Assembly (NCBI GenBank): GCA_001643675.2
Contig: LSRY02000004.1
Coordinates: 1,240,001-1,304,000 of the forward strand
Direction: 5' to 3'
DNA: 64,000 nt
Source: Monocercomonoides exilis PA203
Taxonomy: Eukaryota > Protista > Preaxostyla
Each line of letters opens with the position of its first letter. The stretch's first letter is position 1. The position numbers and the translations under genes are program-made. Positions 1 through 9,178 of this stretch are shown one piece after another. The notes below the pieces were generated by a model. The model saw only the letters and a program-made list of their open reading frames with translations. It was not told the DNA's origin and did not search any database.

Positions 1-631
1 AATGGACAATCCACTCTCTTCTCTTGCCAATCTGAGTCCTCACATTGTATTGTTCTCCGAGCACATGGTCATTTGCATTGCGATGCACTCCGACTTCTCT
101 TCTGATGATTCGGACTCATCATCCATCTCTTCATCGACTGTTGTGACATCTGCAAGCGACGACAATGATGATGACTCTCTGCCCTCATCAGCCTTTGAGG
201 ATGAAGATAGTTTCAAAAAAGAGTGCTTGAGGTGGAAGGCACCTGAGCTGTTGATCAACAAGAAGATGGAAGCTACGAAGGAATCTGTTGCCTTTTCGAT
301 CGGGATGATGCTGTGGGAGTGCTTGACGCTGAAGATCCCATTTGGTGAGTATGAGGCAGAGGTGGCGGGGCAGAAGATTGTGAATGGAGAGAGGCCAAAA
401 ATCGAAGCAATCCAGAAGCAAACACTTAAAGAAATTGTAAAGCTATGTTTCTCGAGCAAGATGAACGAGCGTCCATCGCTTCTGCATTTGAAGAGAGAGT
501 TTATACAGCTCTTTCCTCCAGGAGCTGTGATGCTCACTGTGTCTGATGCAGTAGATTATGACGAACCGTCCGTTCAAGATCAAACGCAATACAGGACTGG
601 CCCAGAAAGCCAAAGTATTACCAATGCATGA
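1..631 (+). CDS. 3' end (cut by window edge) of a giant receptor-pseudokinase family gene; kinase C-lobe-like domain
   Basis: ORF 2..631 has LRWKAPELL, FSIGMMLWECLTLKIPF and GERP (TKL/Tyr-kinase subdomains VIII-XI) but no HRD or DFG. Paralogous to the C-termini of 8684..15016 and 49213..61509. Confidence 0.85.
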   Translation, partial: MDNPLSSLANLSPHIVLFSEHMVICIAMHSDFSSDDSDSSSISSSTVVTSASDDNDDDSLPSSAFEDEDSFKKECLRWKAPELLINKKMEATKESVAFSIGMMLWECLTLKIPFGEYEAEVAGQKIVNGERPKIEAIQKQTLKEIVKLCFSSKMNERPSLLHLKREFIQLFPPGAVMLTVSDAVDYDEPSVQDQTQYRTGPESQSITNA

Positions 632-2572
632 ATGGATACATACACATATTCCAGAAAGTTGTGCACTTCTTCTGATATCCTCACAGAATTGGCATCACCA
701 ACATGAACTATCGCAAAGGATAGAGCACGAAGCACGAAGGATGTTGAAGGCATTTTATTTCTTGCAAGATTTCCGTTTATCCTCTTTTCGCAATTATGCA
801 TTCTTCTTCTTTTGTTTTTTTAAATATATTTTCATATCACAAGATTTTGTATTTGCCTTTTTCCGAAACACATAGTTCAGCATCGAATGGACTGCAAATC
901 TGCAAAATCCCGGATTATTTCTCTTTTTCATTTGCATTCAAAACTTTAAAAATGTTCATCAACCGATGCCGCAATACTGCCAACAGGAAGACGACTGCAA
1001 TCATAAGAATAAATAATAAAGCAATATGTTTCATGCCATGACATAGCGCAGCGTCCAATGCAATTGTCTTTCCATCTCTATAAGAATGGCATGATACAGA
1101 ATACAAATCCCCATTGCTGTTCGTTCGATTGTCTGCTCCTTTGATCTAATTGCTTCAGAATACTCAATGATACGGTGGTAAGAAAAAACTTTCGAGATGG
1201 CCTCTTTGTGGAAGATATCGTTATCTTTTCTCATCATCGAATTAAAAAAAAGCTCAAATCACAAAGGGGCAACAAATAAAGAGAAGCTTGACGTAGAAAT
1301 GCTCTGCACGGAAGAAGAAACAAAGTCCATTCTTTTTGCATTCGGCTGCGCTTTCGAAACAATGGAGAAAAAATTACTTGCTTCCATTTTGCATAAACGT
1401 ATCACATTACCCTCTCCAGAAGCAAATCCATTGCCATTTAATAGATTTTCGTGCCCTCACTCAAGAATCTTGAGAATTTCGCTTCATTTTTTTTCACATC
1501 TCAATAAATGTTTCCATTAGCAGCTCTTATCCCTCACAATTCCTTCTTCTCCTATTGTCCATTCTTTCGCAAAATCTTCAGTTCTCTCCTATTCCTGACC
1601 ACTTTAGCCACAAATAGCCTCGGCAATTCTTCTCTTCAGTCAAAACAAAACAAAACAAAACAAGACAAAATAAGGTAAAATAAAGGTCTCATCCTTTTTT
1701 TGTTTTGTTTTGTTGACTGAAACGAAAGCTACCTGTCAATGCATTGGCAAATGTCGAAAAGCCATCATTTGCGTGATAAAGGCACTAATATTTCTAATCC
1801 GCTTGACAATAGAGAAGAGAAGGTAAATCCGGCGCAAGTGACTCCTGGAAAACACCACCAGTAAACTTCACATTATCTTCACAAGTTTTTCATAGAAAAC
1901 TGAACAGAATAACAATTTACACAATTAGAACGCTCAGATGCCAACGAAGACACAGAAAGCGAACCTGTAAATGATGACAATGAATAATTTTTGCTGATGC
2001 CCTTGACTTCGTGGCTTTAATGAAGCAACTCAAAGCAAAAGCTGTGTGCTTGATTGAGCTCTTATCAAAGAAAAAGAAGACACCCGACCACGAGGCAACT
2101 GTGGACACGAAAAAAACAAAGAAATGGCATTGCTGGAAAATAGGTGATTCTTATGCATCCCTTGGGCGAATAATAAAAGCCAAAATACCTTTCTAAGGCT
2201 GAAAATAAGAGAAAATAAGCTGCACATGGCATAAATGCAGATTCTGTGAACTGATTATGTTGCCCGACAAATTTAGTTCTGAGCACTGCAACAAGCATCT
2301 GGAGCAGATTTTACTGACAAAAAAATCACAAATATAAAGCCAGAACACGAATGGAAAATATGCGCACAAACCTCCTGAGCAAAAAATAATACACTGACCA
2401 ACGCACACCAAGTCTTTGAACGGAACGAAAAATAAAAAAGGATAGACAAGAAGAAAATAAAATAAAAAAGAAAATGATAAAGAAAACGAATAGCAACACC
2501 AATAAAAGTGCATAAGCACCTTTATTTTCAAGAAAAACATCCATTCAATTCCTTCTCTTTTATTTGAGATCA
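137..2572. repeat. Left arm of ~2.44 kb inverted repeat
   Basis: Reverse complement of 6743..9178 (end coordinates sum to 9315; the ORF track is mirrored). The only differences I noticed are two homopolymer indels near 860 and 1490. Inner end ...TTTGAGATCA at 2572; outer mismatch at 136/9179. Confidence 0.95.
1635..1721. repeat. Imperfect local hairpin with CAAAA/TTTTG microrepeats (mirror copy at 7594..7680)
   Basis: TTCAGTCAA(AACAA)n ... (TTTTG)nTTGACTGAA read directly from the sequence. Confidence 0.75.
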
Positions 2573-2576
2573 AATG

Positions 2577-5500
2577 TTAGTTGGGAATTTCTGATACCAT
2601 CATGAATACAGCTTTTGACACTTTCCATTCCTTCTGAATTTCTTCTTTCTTTGATTGAGCTCTTGTTCTGATAATAAACCTTTTGTCATATTCTGTATCC
2701 TTTTTTTCATCTTCCTTTGGTTCTTCAATCTTCGAAGGCATTATTGCTTGGGAGTCGTCGGAAGCTTGGATTCTTTCGTTTCTTTTTCTCATATTGCACT
2801 GCTTCTTCACAATTGCAACCTTCTTTTCATCATTGTTCTGGCTTTCTTTCCTTCCTCTCTGTTCGTCTTTTTCAGCGCGCTGATCCTGCTTTATCGATCT
2901 TTCTGATGACGAAGCAATCACCCTGCCCATTGATGACGCCAAATCCGCCTTAAAGTAATGTTTAACCAATGTGTTTATTTGTGGCGAAAGAAGAGCAAAC
3001 TTTTCAATCGCTTCTGGAGGAATCCTTTCCATTGTCAAAGCCGAGATCGAAGCTGCCTTGATTGAGAATGGAGAAAATGTGTCTGGTATCCCGGCGTTGA
3101 TCAGTGCTTCATGTGCAAGTTTGTGACAACCTCCTGCTGTCAATGGGGCAAAAGTGTTTGTATGAAGAAGCAGACTGTTTGTGTTTGGGTTAGCTTGTTT
3201 AACTCTCTCCCACAAGGTCTTAATCGCGAAAGCAGGACAAATAAGTGGCAAGTCTGATAAATACGTAATGGCAATCTCTGTGCGTGCCTCCGAAGTCTTC
3301 AGTCTCGTGTCAAGATATATTCCTTCTTCTTTAAACCTTGAATTTCTCACGTCTATTCTCTCTTGCTTTGAAAACCTGTAGGCAGAAAATAACATTGTTA
3401 ACACAATCACCTTTATTGTCAGTTGCTTAAAGCTCAATGTCTCATTCGGTCCCTGATCTGCGAAATACTTCAACAACATCTGTGGGTTCCAAATTTCTCT
3501 GTTTTCTTTTCTCTTTGATCTGTTTGTTCTTCTGAACGCTCTGAAGAGCATCTTAATGAGTGGTATATCACCTAAGCACGTATTGAAAACGAGACTGGAA
3601 TAAAAAGAAACTGCAGCTCTTGTTATTTGCAGGCACGTGAGCGACATTCCGCCATTTCTAAGGGATAAAAATACATTAGCGCAATTTGATGCCCAATCGA
3701 ATATATTGTCTGGTATTTCTTTGTGGCCACATTCCTTCCATTGCTTTCCAAAATGTGCAAAGCCAAAGAGGTATCCTTTCCACGTTGTCTCCGCTATTCC
3801 CTTGCGGCACTCTTCTGCAAGATCTGTTGCGAAAGCTTTCTGCTCCAAAGCGCGTTTCCACCATTCTTCCCCGTCATGCTGTATGGATTCAACAACACGA
3901 TCCTCAACCGTCCTGGAGGAAGACTGGCATTCGTCCATTGCATTGAAGGGCCTTTCTGTAACACTTCCTTTTGCAGCTTCCAGTCCCAGCTCCTGTGTGG
4001 TATCGACTTCAAAAGAGTGTCCCAATTCTGGCCTCTCCAGTTCGGCAGGAGTAAGATCACTTGTGCTTTCTCCCTTTTCGCTTTCTGAATCGTTGATATA
4101 ATCAGCGGCACAGGAGGGTGAGCCAAAACAACTTCGTCTTTCCATGGAACCATGAGACCATCCTCTGCAATCGGACTGTTGATGCCACACCATCTCTCCA
4201 ACTTGTGATTGTGACTTGCTGCAAACGCATCCAGTGTCGGTGTCCTCTGAGCTATCTTCAGAATCTCCAGCAGATCTTCTGCTCGCACTTCGTAATCCCC
4301 TGCTCTCTCTAGTCTTGACAGAGCGTCTGCCCTTGTGTTCTTGATGCCTGGGATGTGTGTGGCTCTCATCTCTATATGTGTTTCTTCCTTCCATCTCCAT
4401 ATCTTTCTCAGTACGGGTCTCAAGTTCTTTCCTGCATTCCATCTGTTTATATTGTAGACAACCGCTGTATTGTCCGATCTCAGATGCAGTCGACTGATTC
4501 CGTTCCTCTGGAGCGCTGGGCCAAAATGGTTGAGAGCTAACCACACCGCCATTAACTCCCTGTAATTCGATGACTGTTTCGCAAGTTGCTGTGGAAACCG
4601 ATTGTGTGCGTCTAACAGTTGATTGTTGATTGACAGCGTAGCCCCCCACGCCACTTCCGATGCATCTGTTGTCATCACTGCCTGTGGGACAAACACTGGA
4701 ATTAGCTTGCGTTGAGGGCGTGATTTCAATATCTTCCTCCATTGCAAAATCTGTTGGATAATGGATGCGTTGATTCTCATCTGTCCGCTCCATCCTTGCA
4801 ACTCCAATCCTTTTTGTAAGAGGCGATACATGGAATGCAGCCATAGGGAAGTGTCTTGCTGAACGAAACGGATTGCGCTGAGTTTTCCAATGAACGAGGC
4901 GAAATCTCTTGTTCTCACCTTCTTGGCTTTCACTGCTTTCACTTTCCATTTGTCCACTTCTTTCATCAATGAAAGTCTTCTGTCTTCCTTCAACTGAACC
5001 TCCATTATTTCCGAGTTCCATCTGTATCCGAGGTAAACAAACTCTCTGCTGGAAGATAGGTGGCTTTTTTCCTTGTTTACTAGCAGCCCAAGCGACTCCA
5101 AAAACTGCACAATCTCTTCCGTAATTCTTCTTAAATGCATTTGATCTTGATGTAATATTAGCAGGTCGTCCAAATACGCAACAAGCCTCACATGCCATCT
5201 TCTTCTTATTTCCTTCGTCACTTTCCTCATCACAAGTGTGAATATTCTGGTTGCATCTACGAATCCGAAAGGCATTCCTTTGAATACGTAATCTTTTCCG
5301 AGAAATCTGAAAGCGAGATATGGTTTGAGATTCTCTGAAACTGGGAGAAGATAATATGCCTGATGAAGGTCTATCGTCACTGCACAATCTTCTTTCAACA
5401 ATATTCTCTCCACTGTTCTCTCGTTGTCGCATTTGAAATGCGATCTGAGGACCGCTGCATTCAAACGACGACAGTCTAAGATCTGCCTCCATGTTCCGTT

Positions 5501-6032
5501 CTTTTTCTTGATCAGGAATACGTTGTTCCTGTGTTTGACATCTTCCTGATTTATCTCCTCCACTATTCCGGTCCTCGTCTGTTCCTCCAACAAATCCTTG
5601 AAGGCTCTTCTGTGCTCCCCGCTTGTTCGCTCGGCTCCATCTCTGTACGACATCTTTGAAAGTTTCTCTCTTTCTCTTCTGCTCTTCCACATCGCTTGGA
5701 TCCCATTTCGGATCAAATCTCCTCCTCCAATCTCTTCCCATGCCTTTAAGAACAGCCCCGTCCTTCCTCCAATGATCTGATCTGGCTGCGACTCTTTCTC
5801 TGTTGCTTTCGTTAATTCCTTTGAAGACCCCGACTCCGACTGGACCATCCTGCTGCTCTCGTTCGGCTTCCATAGCTTCTCCTTCCTGAGAAAGAGCGGG
5901 GTCTGTGACGAAAAAACTTCTGACCTGCTCCTCCTTTTGACTGCGCCTGAACCGGGCTGGCTGAACGGAAATCCATTTTTTCCTTCGTTGCCTCGATCGT
6001 TGTTTTAAAACCTCTGTATTTCCTTCGCGCAC
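2577..6032 (-). CDS. DIRS tyrosine recombinase ORF (N-terminal ~745 codons overlap gag/RT in another frame)
   Basis: C-terminal ~400 aa resembles DIRS YR: IAETTWKGY core-binding region, LSFKQLTIK..LTML.SAYRFS (Arg), LKT (Lys), ICP, FSIK at the HxxR position, VKHY (Tyr). The start codon is uncertain. Confidence 0.88.
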   Translation of the reverse strand: MREGNTEVLKQRSRQRRKKWISVQPARFRRSQKEEQVRSFFVTDPALSQEGEAMEAEREQQDGPVGVGVFKGINESNRERVAARSDHWRKDGAVLKGMGRDWRRRFDPKWDPSDVEEQKRKRETFKDVVQRWSRANKRGAQKSLQGFVGGTDEDRNSGGDKSGRCQTQEQRIPDQEKERNMEADLRLSSFECSGPQIAFQMRQRENSGENIVERRLCSDDRPSSGILSSPSFRESQTISRFQISRKRLRIQRNAFRIRRCNQNIHTCDEESDEGNKKKMACEACCVFGRPANITSRSNAFKKNYGRDCAVFGVAWAASKQGKKPPIFQQRVCLPRIQMELGNNGGSVEGRQKTFIDERSGQMESESSESQEGENKRFRLVHWKTQRNPFRSARHFPMAAFHVSPLTKRIGVARMERTDENQRIHYPTDFAMEEDIEITPSTQANSSVCPTGSDDNRCIGSGVGGYAVNQQSTVRRTQSVSTATCETVIELQGVNGGVVSSQPFWPSAPEERNQSTASEIGQYSGCLQYKQMECRKELETRTEKDMEMEGRNTYRDESHTHPRHQEHKGRRSVKTRESRGLRSASRRSAGDSEDSSEDTDTGCVCSKSQSQVGEMVWHQQSDCRGWSHGSMERRSCFGSPSCAADYINDSESEKGESTSDLTPAELERPELGHSFEVDTTQELGLEAAKGSVTERPFNAMDECQSSSRTVEDRVVESIQHDGEEWWKRALEQKAFATDLAEECRKGIAETTWKGYLFGFAHFGKQWKECGHKEIPDNIFDWASNCANVFLSLRNGGMSLTCLQITRAAVSFYSSLVFNTCLGDIPLIKMLFRAFRRTNRSKRKENREIWNPQMLLKYFADQGPNETLSFKQLTIKVIVLTMLFSAYRFSKQERIDVRNSRFKEEGIYLDTRLKTSEARTEIAITYLSDLPLICPAFAIKTLWERVKQANPNTNSLLLHTNTFAPLTAGGCHKLAHEALINAGIPDTFSPFSIKAASISALTMERIPPEAIEKFALLSPQINTLVKHYFKADLASSMGRVIASSSERSIKQDQRAEKDEQRGRKESQNNDEKKVAIVKKQCNMRKRNERIQASDDSQAIMPSKIEEPKEDEKKDTEYDKRFIIRTRAQSKKEEIQKEWKVSKAVFMMVSEIPN
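3794..5848 (-). CDS. DIRS reverse transcriptase - RNase H - adenine-methyltransferase-like polyprotein
   Basis: RT motifs WRQILDCRRLN, TIDLHQAYY, GMPFG, YLDD, YLG; RNase H motifs TTDAS..WGA, SSNYRELMAV, SDNT, HIPG..N..ADALSR; MT-like motifs LDAFAASHN and LAHPP. Confidence 0.95.
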   Translation of the reverse strand: MVQSESGSSKELTKATEKESQPDQIIGGRTGLFLKAWEEIGGGDLIRNGIQAMWKSRREREKLSKMSYRDGAERTSGEHRRAFKDLLEEQTRTGIVEEINQEDVKHRNNVFLIKKKNGTWRQILDCRRLNAAVLRSHFKCDNERTVERILLKEDCAVTIDLHQAYYLLPVSENLKPYLAFRFLGKDYVFKGMPFGFVDATRIFTLVMRKVTKEIRRRWHVRLVAYLDDLLILHQDQMHLRRITEEIVQFLESLGLLVNKEKSHLSSSREFVYLGYRWNSEIMEVQLKEDRRLSLMKEVDKWKVKAVKAKKVRTRDFASFIGKLSAIRFVQQDTSLWLHSMYRLLQKGLELQGWSGQMRINASIIQQILQWRKILKSRPQRKLIPVFVPQAVMTTDASEVAWGATLSINNQLLDAHNRFPQQLAKQSSNYRELMAVWLALNHFGPALQRNGISRLHLRSDNTAVVYNINRWNAGKNLRPVLRKIWRWKEETHIEMRATHIPGIKNTRADALSRLERAGDYEVRAEDLLEILKIAQRTPTLDAFAASHNHKLERWCGINSPIAEDGLMVPWKDEVVLAHPPVPLIISTIQKAKREKAQVILLLPNWRGQNWDTLLKSIPHRSWDWKLQKEVLQKGPSMQWTNASLPPGRLRIVLLNPYSMTGKNGGNALWSRKLSQQILQKSAARE

Positions 6033-6711
6033 TAGCCATATCCGTTTCTAGCTCCGATTCTTTCAGGATCTGTTCCTGTCTCGATGTCAACAGCCCAGCC
6101 GCCGCTTCCGCTCTCATTTTTTCCGCAGCTTTAAACCCGAACCGCCCTTGTATTCTGGTATTTCTGGCCTCCTGTAACGCTTTTGCCGTGAGGACAAGCG
6201 CATCTGAAGCTCTCTGTCGTGCGCTCTCCTTGTTGGAATCCATTTCGGCTAAGCAAAACAAAACGGCTTTGAAAGCTTGACATAGGCACATCTCCTGTTT
6301 ATATCCTGCGTTGTCGAGAGCATCGTTGAACCAGTTCTTGGATTTTGTAGCTGGAGGAGGCACTGGCGGTAACAAGGGGCTCAAATCGTGTAAGGAATAT
6401 TCCTGCTGAATTCTTTCCACTGAAAAAGTATGAATCTAAATGTCGAGCAAAGATTTAACGGGATCCTGTGCAAATACTTCTTCAAAAACAGATGCCGCAG
6501 CTTCGTACATGCCTTCTTCTTCTTCTCGTTTGCTCTTTTCTCTATCTGACGGCTGTGTTGAAGATCCTGTTGGCTGGTTGATAAAAGGCGGAGAAAGGAG
6601 CTGCTGCGACGATTGGACGTTCATCTGGCTTTGCGCCCCACCTGGCAGTCCGGCTGCTTCGGTCGACGGCGTAAGTCCAGGAAATGTCGCGAACTGCGAA
6701 GATTGCAACAT
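5812..6711 (-). CDS. DIRS ORF1 (gag-like), interrupted by one in-frame TAG at 6438-6436
   Basis: ORFs 6436..6711 and 5812..6420 are in the same frame: CTC GAC ATT TAG ATT CAT ACT TTT TCA GTG GAA. Position 5' of RT and a basic C-terminus fit DIRS gag; no diagnostic motif recognised. Confidence 0.65.
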
Positions 6712-6742
6712 TGATCCGATCGTGGCGATGACCCATTGATCG

Positions 6743-9178
6743 TGATCTCAAATAAAAGAGAAGGAATTGAATGGATGTTTTTCTTGAAAATAAAGGTGCT
6801 TATGCACTTTTATTGGTGTTGCTATTCGTTTTCTTTATCATTTTCTTTTTTATTTTATTTTCTTCTTGTCTATCCTTTTTTATTTTTCGTTCCGTTCAAA
6901 GACTTGGTGTGCGTTGGTCAGTGTATTATTTTTTGCTCAGGAGGTTTGTGCGCATATTTTCCATTCGTGTTCTGGCTTTATATTTGTGATTTTTTTGTCA
7001 GTAAAATCTGCTCCAGATGCTTGTTGCAGTGCTCAGAACTAAATTTGTCGGGCAACATAATCAGTTCACAGAATCTGCATTTATGCCATGTGCAGCTTAT
7101 TTTCTCTTATTTTCAGCCTTAGAAAGGTATTTTGGCTTTTATTATTCGCCCAAGGGATGCATAAGAATCACCTATTTTCCAGCAATGCCATTTCTTTGTT
7201 TTTTTCGTGTCCACAGTTGCCTCGTGGTCGGGTGTCTTCTTTTTCTTTGATAAGAGCTCAATCAAGCACACAGCTTTTGCTTTGAGTTGCTTCATTAAAG
7301 CCACGAAGTCAAGGGCATCAGCAAAAATTATTCATTGTCATCATTTACAGGTTCGCTTTCTGTGTCTTCGTTGGCATCTGAGCGTTCTAATTGTGTAAAT
7401 TGTTATTCTGTTCAGTTTTCTATGAAAAACTTGTGAAGATAATGTGAAGTTTACTGGTGGTGTTTTCCAGGAGTCACTTGCGCCGGATTTACCTTCTCTT
7501 CTCTATTGTCAAGCGGATTAGAAATATTAGTGCCTTTATCACGCAAATGATGGCTTTTCGACATTTGCCAATGCATTGACAGGTAGCTTTCGTTTCAGTC
7601 AACAAAACAAAACAAAAAAAGGATGAGACCTTTATTTTACCTTATTTTGTCTTGTTTTGTTTTGTTTTGTTTTGACTGAAGAGAAGAATTGCCGAGGCTA
7701 TTTGTGGCTAAAGTGGTCAGGAATAGGAGAGAACTGAAGATTTTGCGAAAGAATGGACAATAGGAGAAGAAGGAATTGTGAGGGATAAGAGCTGCTAATG
7801 GAAACATTTATTGAGATGTGAAAAAAAAATGAAGCGAAATTCTCAAGATTCTTGAGTGAGGGCACGAAAATCTATTAAATGGCAATGGATTTGCTTCTGG
7901 AGAGGGTAATGTGATACGTTTATGCAAAATGGAAGCAAGTAATTTTTTCTCCATTGTTTCGAAAGCGCAGCCGAATGCAAAAAGAATGGACTTTGTTTCT
8001 TCTTCCGTGCAGAGCATTTCTACGTCAAGCTTCTCTTTATTTGTTGCCCCTTTGTGATTTGAGCTTTTTTTTAATTCGATGATGAGAAAAGATAACGATA
8101 TCTTCCACAAAGAGGCCATCTCGAAAGTTTTTTCTTACCACCGTATCATTGAGTATTCTGAAGCAATTAGATCAAAGGAGCAGACAATCGAACGAACAGC
8201 AATGGGGATTTGTATTCTGTATCATGCCATTCTTATAGAGATGGAAAGACAATTGCATTGGACGCTGCGCTATGTCATGGCATGAAACATATTGCTTTAT
8301 TATTTATTCTTATGATTGCAGTCGTCTTCCTGTTGGCAGTATTGCGGCATCGGTTGATGAACATTTTTAAAGTTTTGAATGCAAATGAAAAAGAGAAATA
8401 ATCCGGGATTTTGCAGATTTGCAGTCCATTCGATGCTGAACTATGTGTTTCGGAAAAGGCAAATACAAAATCTTGTGATATGAAAATATATTTAAAAAAA
8501 CAAAAGAAGAAGAATGCATAATTGCGAAAAGAGGATAAACGGAAATCTTGCAAGAAATAAAATGCCTTCAACATCCTTCGTGCTTCGTGCTCTATCCTTT
8601 GCGATAGTTCATGTTGGTGATGCCAATTCTGTGAGGATATCAGAAGAAGTGCACAACTTTCTGGAATATGTGTATGTATCCATTCATGCATTGGTAATAC
8701 TTTGGCTTTCTGGGCCAGTCCTGTATTGCGTTTGATCTTGAACGGACGGTTCGTCATAATCTACTGCATCAGACACAGTGAGCATCACAGCTCCTGGAGG
8801 AAAGAGCTGTATAAACTCTCTCTTCAAATGCAGAAGCGATGGACGCTCGTTCATCTTGCTCGAGAAACATAGCTTTACAATTTCTTTAAGTGTTTGCTTC
8901 TGGATTGCTTCGATTTTTGGCCTCTCTCCATTCACAATCTTCTGCCCCGCCACCTCTGCCTCATACTCACCAAATGGGATCTTCAGCGTCAAGCACTCCC
9001 ACAGCATCATCCCGATCGAAAAGGCAACAGATTCCTTCGTAGCTTCCATCTTCTTGTTGATCAACAGCTCAGGTGCCTTCCACCTCAAGCACTCTTTTTT
9101 GAAACTATCTTCATCCTCAAAGGCTGATGAGGGCAGAGAGTCATCATCATTGTCGTCGCTTGCAGATGTCACAACAGT
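6743..9178. repeat. Right arm of ~2.44 kb inverted repeat
   Basis: Starts TGATCTCAAATAAAAGAGAAGG at 6743, the reverse complement of 2551..2572, and extends into the kinase-coding 3' end of the minus-strand receptor gene. Confidence 0.95.

Larger units (their letters stand above)
2573..6742 (-). mobile_element. DIRS1-like tyrosine-recombinase retrotransposon, coding core (its ITRs lie in the flanking inverted arms; outer ends not resolved)
   Basis: Overlapping gag, RT/RNase H/MT and YR ORFs in DIRS1 order, flanked by inverted repeats; no DDE integrase or protease. Confidence 0.93.

Noticed and set aside
558-2573. Short ORFs in the inverted arms and their mirror images at 6736-8757
   Set aside because: No recognisable domains; frames differ between arms through homopolymer indels; their duplication is explained by the repeat.
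2573-2900. DIRS internal complementary region
   Set aside because: Only 10-11 bp low-complexity matches to the arms were found by eye.
3794-5848. Diversity-generating retroelement or retron interpretation of the RT beside variable receptors
   Set aside because: The RT is fused to RNase H and MT with an overlapping YR (DIRS), and paralog differences are mostly synonymous and not adenine-specific.
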